Shown here: positions 29,320 through 39,128 of the stretch, in pieces
Position numbering within the stretch: position 1 is the stretch's first letter
Layout: every line of letters starts with the position of its first letter
DNA from: Pseudomonadota bacterium
GTDB lineage: Bacteria > UBA10199 > 2-02-FULL-44-16 > JAAZCA01
NCBI GenBank assembly: GCA_043798915.1
Contig: JAZDOG010000045.1
Span: 1 to 50,182, forward strand
Length of the DNA: 50,182 nt
Direction: 5' to 3'
Made by a program: the position numbers and the translations under genes
Notes under the pieces: generated by a model
Databases searched by the model: none
Told to the model about the DNA's origin: nothing
The model's input: only the letters and a program-made list of their open reading frames with translations

Positions 29320-29343
29320 CCCGCCGAGGAGGAGCTCAGCGGG
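29320..29343 (-). terminator. Stem-loop after the polysaccharide locus, followed by a C/T-rich tract
   Basis: Minus strand CCCGCTGAG-CTCCTC-CTCGGCGGG (9 bp including one G-U pair), 24 nt after the stop. The U-tract is not immediately adjacent. Confidence 0.35.
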
Positions 29344-29366
29344 GCCTGGCACAGGGGCTTAAAACC

Positions 29367-30611
29367 CTAGAGGTTTCTTGCTGCATCCAGCGCCTTCATC
29401 CGAGCCAAGTATTCGAGGAAGAACACCAACAAGATTGCGCCTAAGAGAGAGGCTATGAATGCCGTCCAGCAGATATGGGCGCGCTTAGGTTTGAATTTTT
29501 TTACAGGTGGCACCGCCTTGTCGATTACTTGAAACGCCAAGTCTTCCTTTGACTCCTCAATCTTGGCCATCTCATATTGTGACGTTAGCAAAGCATTGAC
29601 CTTTGCCAGCAACTCGCGCCTGAGCATGAGATAAGTGAGATAAACCTGTTGGGGCACATCCTTCACCGTTTTTGCCACCGTGATCTTTTTCTCGAGATCA
29701 GACTTTTGGGCCAACAGGCCATCCAACTCCCCTTCGTGACCCCCAATCAATGGCACGTCACCGGAAACGCCACTTCCATTTGTCTCGGTTTCGGGGTCAT
29801 TGCTGGCCAAGAACGCGCCACCAGTGACTGACGATCCACCAGGCGTGCCACTCGTCACGTGTGACGTGCCACGGTTGATGGGGACATCCACCTTCGCTTC
29901 GGCGCTGGAGATACGGCCACCCTTGTAGAACTGATTGATCTCCTTGCCAGCCTCCAGAAGTTCCTGCTTATTCTGTTCCAACTGACCTTCGACAAACAGG
30001 CGATTGCGCTTGGCCATCGTAAAGGCATTGTCATTGATGAACTTCTGAAGTTCGTCCAGATAGGCGTTAACGACGCGAGCGGCAAGCTCCGGCGCATTGA
30101 ATTCACCGCTTATCTTAATCGACTTGTTCTTCTTGTCATCCATAATAGCAACATGACCCTTCATGATCCCGACCGCAGTCTCCATATTCGGCTGTTTTTT
30201 TGGATCGTCACTCTTCCACCTGCCTGTTTCCTTGTCCCACGAATTTTCGAATAATACCGGCATGAGATTTTCTCGGCCGATAACGTTCTCGGTGAGTGTG
30301 CGGCTATTGAGGAAAGTCACAAATTTCGACGTTTCATCCGCACCGCCCGGAAGACTCACGCCTGCCAGTAATGCAAGACTGCCAAACTGCGACGAAAGCG
30401 AGGATGCCCCTCCACCGCCCCTGGCTGGCACCGGGATGATCAGCGCCTCCGCCCTGTAGGATTTCGGGAGGTGGAGGCTCCAGACGACAGCGAGCACCGA
30501 CGCCACAGCGACGATCACAGTGATCATTCGGCGGCGTTTCTTGATGATGCGCCAATAGTCGAGGAAGTTGATCTCGCCGTCGTGACTCGTGATTGGCACA
30601 TTGTCTAACAT
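29367..30611 (-). CDS. Polysaccharide co-polymerase / chain-length determinant (Wzz/GNVR type)
   Basis: EINFLDYWRII, N-terminal TM, PELAARVVNAY, coiled coils, VIDKAVPP…KPKR and a C-terminal TM. No kinase domain. Confidence 0.88.
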   Translation of the reverse strand: MLDNVPITSHDGEINFLDYWRIIKKRRRMITVIVAVASVLAVVWSLHLPKSYRAEALIIPVPARGGGGASSLSSQFGSLALLAGVSLPGGADETSKFVTFLNSRTLTENVIGRENLMPVLFENSWDKETGRWKSDDPKKQPNMETAVGIMKGHVAIMDDKKNKSIKISGEFNAPELAARVVNAYLDELQKFINDNAFTMAKRNRLFVEGQLEQNKQELLEAGKEINQFYKGGRISSAEAKVDVPINRGTSHVTSGTPGGSSVTGGAFLASNDPETETNGSGVSGDVPLIGGHEGELDGLLAQKSDLEKKITVAKTVKDVPQQVYLTYLMLRRELLAKVNALLTSQYEMAKIEESKEDLAFQVIDKAVPPVKKFKPKRAHICWTAFIASLLGAILLVFFLEYLARMKALDAARNL

Positions 30612-30673
30612 GCTATCACCCCTTTTTCATCGATGGATTTTCATGCTGCTGACAAGTCGCGAGTTGCGAAACA

Positions 30674-31834
30674 TCATCTCTGCAGGGCGATAATCGTCGA
30701 ACTCGCCGAAAGGCCGAAGCTGGCGATGGAGAGGGCAAAAGCAGCCCACCCAGCAGGGCTCATCCATCGCTGCCCGATCATAATCGTATCGCCGGGGTTG
30801 ACGCGGTCGTTCGGTTTGGCCCTGCGGCTTTTACCGCTGATCGTAGTCACCCTGTATTTCTCTTTGCCGCGATCGTTTAACCCCCCTGCGAGAGAAATGT
30901 ATTGATTCACCATGTAGTAGGGGCTGAAGGGATAGGCCCCGGGGAAGGCAACTCCACCGAGGACAAATACGCGATCTTCGTAAGAGGGATAAAAAACCTG
31001 ATCGCCGGGAATGGAAGCAACATTATAGTCAAACGAAGTCTCCTTAGTCACCAGATTGGGCACAACTATCACATCCCCATTTTGAACGACAAAATCTTTC
31101 ATGTTTTTTTCATCGATCGGCACCTCATCCACGCTCTTCTTGCCATCTTTGAAACGAATCACTCTGATTGGCTCATCCACGGAGGTTGCAGCATTGAAGC
31201 CACCTGAAAGCTCCATAACATCTTCAAGCGACTTTTCGCTCGTCAGTTCATACGTCTCGGGCCTTTTCACCGCACCGACAACCTGCACCACCTTGCTCCT
31301 GAGCGGAACAAAGACAACATCGTTGTCGGTGAGATAGGGATTATCTTGAAGCTTGCCGAGAAGCGAATAACCCAGCAGATCAACGTGCTGAACACCGCCC
31401 CCTTTGCGCCTGAGTTCGATATTTCGCTCTGATCCGTTTACCGTCAGGCCCCCGGCTCGCCTGATTACTTCTGAAAGCCGCTCAGACGCAGCCACACGAT
31501 ACGTCCCCGGTTGTATCACCTCGCCGAGGATATGGACCTGGTATCCCATCGAAATCATTGCCGCATCACCTATAGTCGTTCCACCAGCCCCACTCGCCGC
31601 CCCTGCTGTACCGGACGAGGGCATCTGCATCAATACGCCAGCACCCACCCCCTGACCAACGCCATTAGGCCCCGGCACCCCTCCCTGATTTCCACCACGA
31701 AAACTCGGCGCAGACCCCGGGTCCTGAGCACCCGCCTGCGTCTGCATACGATAACGCGATGACTGAGCAGAGACTTGAGAAAACGGCAGGATAACCAGGA
31801 CAAATGACAGCACAACCGCGACGATTCTTTTCAT
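30674..31834 (-). CDS. SLBB-domain polysaccharide export protein (OPX-like)
   Basis: Three SLBB repeats (VHILGEV..PG.Y, VVGAVKRP..Y, VLGGV..PG.Y with AGG/GD motifs), a signal peptide and a C-terminal helix. Confidence 0.85.
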   Translation of the reverse strand: MKRIVAVVLSFVLVILPFSQVSAQSSRYRMQTQAGAQDPGSAPSFRGGNQGGVPGPNGVGQGVGAGVLMQMPSSGTAGAASGAGGTTIGDAAMISMGYQVHILGEVIQPGTYRVAASERLSEVIRRAGGLTVNGSERNIELRRKGGGVQHVDLLGYSLLGKLQDNPYLTDNDVVFVPLRSKVVQVVGAVKRPETYELTSEKSLEDVMELSGGFNAATSVDEPIRVIRFKDGKKSVDEVPIDEKNMKDFVVQNGDVIVVPNLVTKETSFDYNVASIPGDQVFYPSYEDRVFVLGGVAFPGAYPFSPYYMVNQYISLAGGLNDRGKEKYRVTTISGKSRRAKPNDRVNPGDTIMIGQRWMSPAGWAAFALSIASFGLSASSTIIALQR

Positions 31835-33684
31835 AACGACGAAATCCTTTCCATTTGCTCTGATATCTTCTGCTCCGCATATTCAGGGACCATCCCTCTG
31901 ATCATTTCTTTGAGTTTCGAAGGCTCGCCTTCCGCCTCGGCGTATGACAAGATCATATCAAGCTGTCGCTCGAACACCCCAACATCGACCTTCCTCACTC
32001 GGCCTACGCTTATATCCTGAAATTGCGTCGGACGCTCGATCTCACCGAAGAACAACTCCTCGTGAAGCTTTTCTCCGGGACGCAGTCCGGTAAACGATAT
32101 CGGTATCCCTGCGTTCGGAACGTGCCCCATGAGCGATATCAGATCCTCAGCCATCTCGGCGATGCGAACAGGCTTCCCCATATCAAGGACGAAAACCTCG
32201 CCTCCCTCACCGATGCTTGCCGCCTGAAGCACGAGTTCCACAGCCTCCGGTATCAACATGAAGTATCTCGTCACGTCAGGATGAGTTACCGTCACCGGCC
32301 CGCCTGCCTTGATCTGATCGATGAACTTTGGAACCACGCTCCCGGAGCTGGCCAGCACATTGCCAAATCGCACGCTCACGCACCGCATGCCGCCTTTGCC
32401 ATTTGCGGCCTGGACTATGCATTCCCCTATCCTCTTTGTCGCCCCCATCACGTTCGTAGGCCGCACCGCCTTGTCCGTCGATACGAAGACGAACATTGAG
32501 ACACCGTTATCAACGGCGGAGTTCACGACATTGTTGAGCCCTTTCACATTATTCAGCACTGCCTGGCGCACATCTTGCTCGAGGATCGGCACATGTTTAT
32601 ATGCCGCCGCATGAAACACGACATCCGGCTTGAATTTCCTGATCGCCCCGTTCACAAGCTCCGCGACTTTGACATCGACGAGGGAGAAAAAACAGCGTGT
32701 TTTGAGCGGGTGTTTCGCAAACTCCTCATCCAAGCGATAGAGCGCATACTCAGAATGATCTAGCGCAGCAACGGCTACAGGGTTGAAAGTCAGGACCTGT
32801 CTGAATATCTCCGTACCGATCGAACCGGCAGCGCCTGTGATCAACACACGGCGGCCTCGCAGAAAACCCTCTACCATCTTCTTGTCCAACATACGCTGGG
32901 GCCTGCGCATGAGGTCTGCGATGTCGATATTTCGCACCACTTCGCCGCCAGCGATGACTTCGTTCATTCCAGGGACGATCCTGCATCGGACCCCATGTTC
33001 GCGGCACGCGCGGAAAACCCTCCGGACGACTTCACCGTCAGGATTTGCAAACGTCATAACCATTTCCTCGGCACTGTACTCCTTGAGCCTTTGAGGAAGA
33101 GAATTCAAATCACCGACAACAGAAATCCCTTTGATCTTCTTGCCCTGCTTTTCCGGGCTGTCGTCGATGAAGCCAACAACCCTATGGCCCAGATTTGCAT
33201 TGAGGACAAGATGGCGGGCCATCGCCGCTCCGTGTTCTCCAGCGCCGTAGAGAAACGTATTCTTTCCCTCTGGGCGCGACAGGCGTCCTTCCTGCACATA
33301 TCTCAAACCAAAGCGAGAGAGTCCAATCAGTATACAGCTCGCCATCCAGTCCACCACTACCACCGCCAGCTCGACTTCCGGCCGGACGATGTGAATAATG
33401 CTCACCGCGATCAGGGACCCAAAGATCGTGTTCTTGACGATCTTGACGGCGAAGCCCATGCTCACATAACGAATGATCTCCTTATAAAGACCGGTCTGAA
33501 TAAAAATGAAGAGCTTGACGCCCAGGAGAACGCCAATCATCCAGAGATATTCGTACCACCTGTAGCGAATATCCACTATCTCGCGGCCAGCCACCTGGAG
33601 GGCCAGATAAAACGACAGAGCGATGATGACGGAATCCGTCACCATCAAAACCCCCTGTTTTAGCTGTTCGCGATTTACAGTCAT
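31831..33684 (-). CDS. Membrane-bound UDP-GlcNAc 4,6-dehydratase (WbpM/PglF/CapD family)
   Basis: 4 TM helices, YGAG, TGAAGSIG, HAAAYKHVP, STDKAV, RFGNVL and RPGEKLHEEL. Confidence 0.93.
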   Translation of the reverse strand: MTVNREQLKQGVLMVTDSVIIALSFYLALQVAGREIVDIRYRWYEYLWMIGVLLGVKLFIFIQTGLYKEIIRYVSMGFAVKIVKNTIFGSLIAVSIIHIVRPEVELAVVVVDWMASCILIGLSRFGLRYVQEGRLSRPEGKNTFLYGAGEHGAAMARHLVLNANLGHRVVGFIDDSPEKQGKKIKGISVVGDLNSLPQRLKEYSAEEMVMTFANPDGEVVRRVFRACREHGVRCRIVPGMNEVIAGGEVVRNIDIADLMRRPQRMLDKKMVEGFLRGRRVLITGAAGSIGTEIFRQVLTFNPVAVAALDHSEYALYRLDEEFAKHPLKTRCFFSLVDVKVAELVNGAIRKFKPDVVFHAAAYKHVPILEQDVRQAVLNNVKGLNNVVNSAVDNGVSMFVFVSTDKAVRPTNVMGATKRIGECIVQAANGKGGMRCVSVRFGNVLASSGSVVPKFIDQIKAGGPVTVTHPDVTRYFMLIPEAVELVLQAASIGEGGEVFVLDMGKPVRIAEMAEDLISLMGHVPNAGIPISFTGLRPGEKLHEELFFGEIERPTQFQDISVGRVRKVDVGVFERQLDMILSYAEAEGEPSKLKEMIRGMVPEYAEQKISEQMERISSL

Positions 33685-33760
33685 TAATAAAAATCGTGAT
33701 TTAGTGATTGGCGATCAGGAACCTGAATGAGGCGAGTAAAGCAGATCGGGGGTGCGCCTG

Positions 33761-34762
33761 TCAACCCTTTCCAGCACCGAGCTTAAATGCACCCCAAACC
33801 AGCGGCGCAAAAGCAATTGCAGCAAACAAAGGGCCCAGATGAGGCAAGCGCCAGGCTGCAATGGCCCACGGCAACAGCCAGAGAACATTGATAGCAAAGA
33901 CCGCCATCGTCACCTTCCCATGGCTGTTCCATCGCTGCGCCGCATGCTGATAAGCATGGCTGCGATGGGCCTCGAACCATCTGGTTCCGCGCGCCATTCG
34001 CCTGGCCACCGTCAACGTCGCATCAACGAGAAAAACTCCAAGCAAGATGAGCCACACCCATATATTTACCGAACTGCCCTTGATCCCGGCAAGGGCCAAC
34101 ATCCCGATCATGACACCTAAAAAACCGCTCCCTGCATCACCCATGAAGACACGGGCAGGCGGCAGATTCCAGACGAGAAAACCGGCGGTTGAAACCACAA
34201 GAAGGATCGAAAACAACGCAAGACCGGTCGCCCCGCTCGCATAAAAAAAAGCCGCAGCGCTTCCTCCGACAAATATTGCTTCAGCGGCCGCAATGCTGTC
34301 GATGCCATCCATAAAATTGTAGAGGTTCAGCACCCACACAACGCTCACCACCAAAAAGACATTAAAAAACCACCCGAGGAGCGAAAGATGGAAGAATGAC
34401 ACCGAACCGCTGACAAAACACAATGCCCAGATCGCCGCTATGAAATGCATGGCGACCCGCCTCTTGGGCGGCACGTGTCCATGATCGTCCCAGAAACCGA
34501 CAGCAGCAACGAGAAAACCGGCCCCTGCGAACGCCACCGCCAGGTTCAGCGCCACATAGCTAGAGATACCGAGGACCACCAAACCGAGCATACAACTGAT
34601 GCCAATGGACAACCCTCCACCGCGCGGCGTTGGGATGACGTGCGAACTGCGTTCATTGGGGCAGTCGATGAGGCTCTGTCGCAATGCATACCAGATAAGG
34701 AATCGCGTCATGAGCATCGACATCATCAACGCAACAAGCATTAGCACCATTGGACCCGTCAT
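33761..34762 (-). CDS. Undecaprenyl-phosphate HexNAc-1-P transferase (WbpL/MraY-like family)
   Basis: PNERSSH..PTPRGGG, GFWDD, NLYNFMDGID, FMGDAGS and AHRSHAYQ. The start overlaps the upstream stop (ATGA). Confidence 0.92.
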   Translation of the reverse strand: MTGPMVLMLVALMMSMLMTRFLIWYALRQSLIDCPNERSSHVIPTPRGGGLSIGISCMLGLVVLGISSYVALNLAVAFAGAGFLVAAVGFWDDHGHVPPKRRVAMHFIAAIWALCFVSGSVSFFHLSLLGWFFNVFLVVSVVWVLNLYNFMDGIDSIAAAEAIFVGGSAAAFFYASGATGLALFSILLVVSTAGFLVWNLPPARVFMGDAGSGFLGVMIGMLALAGIKGSSVNIWVWLILLGVFLVDATLTVARRMARGTRWFEAHRSHAYQHAAQRWNSHGKVTMAVFAINVLWLLPWAIAAWRLPHLGPLFAAIAFAPLVWGAFKLGAGKG

Positions 34763-35757
34763 CGATGTTTTTTCCTTCTGTACTCCTCGACATACCAACC
34801 AGTTGTGCGTTCCAAACCCTCATCCAATGACATCAAAGGCTTCCACCCGAGCAGGCGGATGGCCTTGCCCGCATCGACCTGCAGACAATTGCAAAGCCTG
34901 TCCAGGACATCTTCCTGACCGAACACCTTTGCACCCCAACGCAAAAAACTGACAGGAAACGGAACTATTCTAGCCGGCCGCCCGAGGAGCTTTGCAACTC
35001 GCCGCATCAAATCCGGCGTCGACAGGTCCCCGCCATCTGCCACAAGGAAGGTCTCTCCGGCTGCACGCGGATGCTCAACGCAGCGAACGAGCAGTTCTAC
35101 CAGATTTTCGATTCCGATAAAACTCCTCAAGTTATGAACCCTGCCAAGAGGCAAAGGAAACCCTTTATCCGCCCACTTCATGAGGCGAAGAAAATTCCCT
35201 CCGACACCTGGACCATAGACGAGCGGAGGCCGAACAATGACGAGCTCGAACCCGGTTTTTTCCGCCACATTCCGCAGCGCAAGCTCTCCCTCCCACTTTG
35301 ACACAGCATATGGGCTGTGAGGCTGGGCCTCATCCCCCTCGACATAGGCCCTCTCGCCAGTCGAGTTTCCATGGATGCTTATGGAACTGATATACACAAA
35401 TCGTCTGATGCCTCGTCTTGCGGCTTCCTCCGCCAGTTTTTTTGACCCCAGCACATTCACCGAGCGGAAGGATTCCAGAGGGTTCTTAGACATCTCCTGC
35501 ATGATGTGGACGCGGGCGGCGAGATGAACTACGACCTCTACGTTTTTGAGCGCATCCGACCAGACGGTATCGGAACCGATATCCCCAACCGCAACCACAT
35601 CGCTGACGGATAAACGATCATGATGGGCAACTGCAGCTTCGTTTCTCTCCGCGTGACACCGTATTGCAGCCCGGACATCGCAACCCCTCATTTGCAGGAC
35701 GCTGCAAAGCTTGCGTCCTACAAAACCATTCGCGCCTGTTACCAATATTTTAGCCAT
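34759..35757 (-). CDS. NAD-dependent epimerase/4-reductase (WbpV/WbpK-like)
   Basis: TGANGFVG, HLAARVH, YAVSK and RPPLVYGPGV. Adjacent to WbpL-like and WbpM-like genes. Confidence 0.88.
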   Translation of the reverse strand: MAKILVTGANGFVGRKLCSVLQMRGCDVRAAIRCHAERNEAAVAHHDRLSVSDVVAVGDIGSDTVWSDALKNVEVVVHLAARVHIMQEMSKNPLESFRSVNVLGSKKLAEEAARRGIRRFVYISSISIHGNSTGERAYVEGDEAQPHSPYAVSKWEGELALRNVAEKTGFELVIVRPPLVYGPGVGGNFLRLMKWADKGFPLPLGRVHNLRSFIGIENLVELLVRCVEHPRAAGETFLVADGGDLSTPDLMRRVAKLLGRPARIVPFPVSFLRWGAKVFGQEDVLDRLCNCLQVDAGKAIRLLGWKPLMSLDEGLERTTGWYVEEYRRKKHR

Positions 35758-35813
35758 ATCACCCCTTGCGCCTGATCATAACCGAGGCACGCGAGAAATA
35801 CCAATACAGGTTC

Positions 35814-37061
35814 CTAGACAGCAAAATCCACACCCGATTTTTCATCGTCAATAGCCTTCTGTAAAACAGACAGTGTTCCTTCCGCCTGTCGCTCTCTGGA
35901 ATAATTGCATGCGGAGGAAAAACTGTTATCGGCAAACTCGGCACATCGGCGTTCATCCAGCGACAAAGACATGACCGCCCCTGCAAGCGCCTGAGGATTA
36001 TCAGGTGGCACCCATACCCCGGCGCCATGTCTTTCCACTATTGATGACCCCTCGCCTGCCGGTCCCGCATATATAATCGGGAGCCCCATTGCCATAGCCT
36101 CAAATATCTTCGAGGGCACAACCTTTGTGAAGACCTCTTGATCTCGAAGATGGATCAAGGCAGCATCACATACGCTCCAATATCCTGGCATATTCTCCTT
36201 CAGCTGTCGCGAAACAAAAACGACATTACTCAACCCGTGATCACGCGCCATCATTTCCAGCGATAATTTTGCCGCTCCGACGCCGACAAACAGAAAAACA
36301 GCATTCGAATTCTTTAATATCTCAGCTGTTTTGAGCACATTTTCTAATCCATGCGCCAAACCCATGGTGCCGAGATATCCAACCACAAATCTGCCGCACA
36401 AGCCGTGCATGTCTTCTATTGAACGGTCTCTCGAACGACGTGAAAACAGTTTCAAATTTGCGCCGCCCAGCACCACATCGATTTTGTCTCTGCTGACACC
36501 TCTCGAGACCAGATCTTCGGCAAAAGACCGGGTGAACGACAATATCCTCTTGGATTTTTTATAGAGGAACAGCTCCAGCCGCTCAAGCATTCTATAGAAC
36601 AGACCGGGCTTAATCTTTACAACCGACGCAATTGACGCGGGCCACAAATCCCTCAACTCAAACACGTGCGGGACCCTCTTTACGATTGAACAAGCGACTC
36701 CCGCCATCGGCACAAATAAATGCGGCGACGTCGATATTACAACGTCCGGCTTCTTCTCGAACAGCGAATTGATGAACGATGACAGCATATAGGAGATATA
36801 ATCGATGATCCGCAAGACGAATCCTTCGTTGCGCGCGATAAACGTCTTTACCCTGACGACGCGGACGCCGTCCATATACTCGACAAAGCGCCACTTGTTT
36901 TTATAGCCCGCATAAACCTTTCCTTCGGGGAAATTAGGAGCGCCGCACAAAACGGTGACGTCATGACCAAGCCGGGACCACATTTGGGCCCTTTCATAGA
37001 CATGCGCGGCCGGGGCACTGGGTTCGGGCTTGAAATGGTCGGTAAAGAATAATATTTTCAT
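35814..37061 (-). CDS. GT4 glycosyltransferase (WbuB-like)
   Basis: HF.PE, PNFPEG, ELRDLWP and PSKIFEAMAMGLP. Confidence 0.9.
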   Translation of the reverse strand: MKILFFTDHFKPEPSAPAAHVYERAQMWSRLGHDVTVLCGAPNFPEGKVYAGYKNKWRFVEYMDGVRVVRVKTFIARNEGFVLRIIDYISYMLSSFINSLFEKKPDVVISTSPHLFVPMAGVACSIVKRVPHVFELRDLWPASIASVVKIKPGLFYRMLERLELFLYKKSKRILSFTRSFAEDLVSRGVSRDKIDVVLGGANLKLFSRRSRDRSIEDMHGLCGRFVVGYLGTMGLAHGLENVLKTAEILKNSNAVFLFVGVGAAKLSLEMMARDHGLSNVVFVSRQLKENMPGYWSVCDAALIHLRDQEVFTKVVPSKIFEAMAMGLPIIYAGPAGEGSSIVERHGAGVWVPPDNPQALAGAVMSLSLDERRCAEFADNSFSSACNYSRERQAEGTLSVLQKAIDDEKSGVDFAV

Positions 37062-37103
37062 GGTTATCACAGACGCAATCTGCAAAGCATATTTCGTTAT
37101 TGC

Positions 37104-38144
37104 TCATAAATGTATATCGTACGCCATGCGCGTATTCCACTTATTCACGTCCCTGGCGCTCATCAGCGTAGCCTTGATGAGATGCCACCGCCAGCCTATT
37201 CGTCTACAGTAGGCTTTATAGGATTCGTTTCTCCAGTCAAAATCATCCTTCCAAAACCGGCGTGGGGATACATATCTCAGCACTTCATCCGATATGCTGG
37301 CCGCCGGACTTGCTGAACTGAATGTTGGATCCGCGGTATTGGCTAAAAAAATCAAGCCTCTCTGTTTACACTCAGCTGCAAGTTGACCGATGATCTTGCC
37401 ATATTCACTCAGAGTGTTGGACAAATCCTTATGTGGATATGCGATATTTCCCAGGTCGACAATAGGCCTTACCTGCAATACCTTTGCATCGTACCTGCCG
37501 AAAACAGCAAAAAAACCCTTCAATTCATCCAGATTCTCTTGATTGACGGTATAATTGATTCTCAATATCGGGATAGCTGAATTTCGCCGTTTCTTCACCG
37601 ATTCAATGGTCTCCAACGCCTTCAGCAATTTGTCGAAGGATGCCCCGACCATCAGTTTTTCGTAGGTTTCTTTTTTTACCCCGTGAGTGGATATGACAAG
37701 CTCATCGAGCTTATGAGTTATCATCCTGTCCACATGTTCCTCTTTCAACAGTTGCGCATTAGTGACGAAACTTACGTAAGGAATTCCATATTTTTTACCT
37801 GTGGCTAAAATATCTATGTAGTTCTTATATAATGTTGGCTCCGCCTCACAACCTATGACCAGCTGGACGGCCTTTGGAAACAACATCTCTGCAATGCGAT
37901 CAACCTCCTCTTTTTTGAGTATCGCATAGTTGCTCTTTCGCCAATCCTCATTACTGAATCTACACATCTGACATCGTATATTGCAATCGATCACAGGGTC
38001 GATCCTGACAGAGAGGTACCGAAACCCAAGGATGTCCGCCGCCAGCAGAGTTGCAAACTTGATGCGATGGTTTTTAACAATCCTGTTATACCTGAGCAGC
38101 CTGTAGACGCCATTCATCTCAACCGCCTCCAATTCATTGCTCAA
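37104..38144 (-). CDS. Radical SAM protein
   Basis: CNIRCQMC (CxxxCxxC), GCEAEP, VTNAQLL and ISTHG. No SPASM cysteine cluster at the C-terminus. Confidence 0.85.
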   Translation of the reverse strand: MSNELEAVEMNGVYRLLRYNRIVKNHRIKFATLLAADILGFRYLSVRIDPVIDCNIRCQMCRFSNEDWRKSNYAILKKEEVDRIAEMLFPKAVQLVIGCEAEPTLYKNYIDILATGKKYGIPYVSFVTNAQLLKEEHVDRMITHKLDELVISTHGVKKETYEKLMVGASFDKLLKALETIESVKKRRNSAIPILRINYTVNQENLDELKGFFAVFGRYDAKVLQVRPIVDLGNIAYPHKDLSNTLSEYGKIIGQLAAECKQRGLIFLANTADPTFSSASPAASISDEVLRYVSPRRFWKDDFDWRNESYKAYCRRIGWRWHLIKATLMSARDVNKWNTRMAYDIHL

Positions 38145-39109
38145 TAATGCGTGAGCTTAAATGCAACCTTGAAAACCTGAGCAGCAGACCGGTTGAACAC
38201 CCGGTCCTGATAGGCTTTCCATTTTGCCGAATAGACCCTGAATCGATCTTCGTCTGTTAAATGATACATGATTTCCAACTGCGCTATGTGAAGACGGTGG
38301 TAATAGGTGCTCGCTATATTTTTAAACCTGAGCGGGGTCATCTCATAGAGAGACCAGAACCCATTGTCGTACCGCCGCAGGTTATCGACTATCGTTTTGG
38401 TGCATGCCTCAAAGAGGCCCCTTGCCTCGTCCGACCTCGTGAGGAGATAATAATCGTGCACCCCCCACAATGCCCAGATGAATCCATTCAAAATATGCGT
38501 CGGCGGCGTCACGATATATTCTTCAATCCAACAATATCCTTCCGGATCACGATGGAGAACCCCGCCATCCTCGATGGGAAGCGCCAGCGACCGGAATACC
38601 TCCTCAGCAGCCGCGAGATATGCTGGATCTTTCGTCTCGGCGTAGGCACGCACAAGCACTGACAGGCCCTGACCCTGAGCCAAGCCAGAAAACCAGGGAG
38701 CCTTCAACAGCCGAAAATACTCGAAATCAAAATGATGCGGCCAGAGCAATAAGCCTTTCCCGTTGGCAACCCGGTTATTCAAAAGCCAGCGAGCGTTGGT
38801 CAAAAAAACATCCCATCGCTTTGTTTCGCCCTTCACCGCCAGATTGTAATTTGCGAGCGCGTATTGAGCAATTGCGATCGGGTTGTATTGTCTTCCGATT
38901 TTGCCATGGTAATCCAAAAACGGCACGCCTTCATCATCGAACGGGCCCTCATAGCGGGCCTTGCCCGCAAAAGTCATATAGTACGGACCCACGGCATCCT
39001 CGACCGCATCCGGATTGATCTCCGGCTCCTCATGCCAGAACGACAGCTGGCTGTTCTTTCTCAGAAGATACGAGGAAACAACTCTTCGATAGTAGTGGAT
39101 CCGATTCAT
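38141..39109 (-). CDS. D-glucuronyl C5-epimerase family protein
   Basis: YNPIAIAQYAL, WFSGLAQGQGLSVL.RAY, WIEEY, HILNGFIWAL, WSLY and YHRLHIAQL match the C5-epimerase C-terminal domain. Confidence 0.85.
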   Translation of the reverse strand: MNRIHYYRRVVSSYLLRKNSQLSFWHEEPEINPDAVEDAVGPYYMTFAGKARYEGPFDDEGVPFLDYHGKIGRQYNPIAIAQYALANYNLAVKGETKRWDVFLTNARWLLNNRVANGKGLLLWPHHFDFEYFRLLKAPWFSGLAQGQGLSVLVRAYAETKDPAYLAAAEEVFRSLALPIEDGGVLHRDPEGYCWIEEYIVTPPTHILNGFIWALWGVHDYYLLTRSDEARGLFEACTKTIVDNLRRYDNGFWSLYEMTPLRFKNIASTYYHRLHIAQLEIMYHLTDEDRFRVYSAKWKAYQDRVFNRSAAQVFKVAFKLTHY

Positions 39110-39128
39110 CTCTTCGCCTCGATATGCC

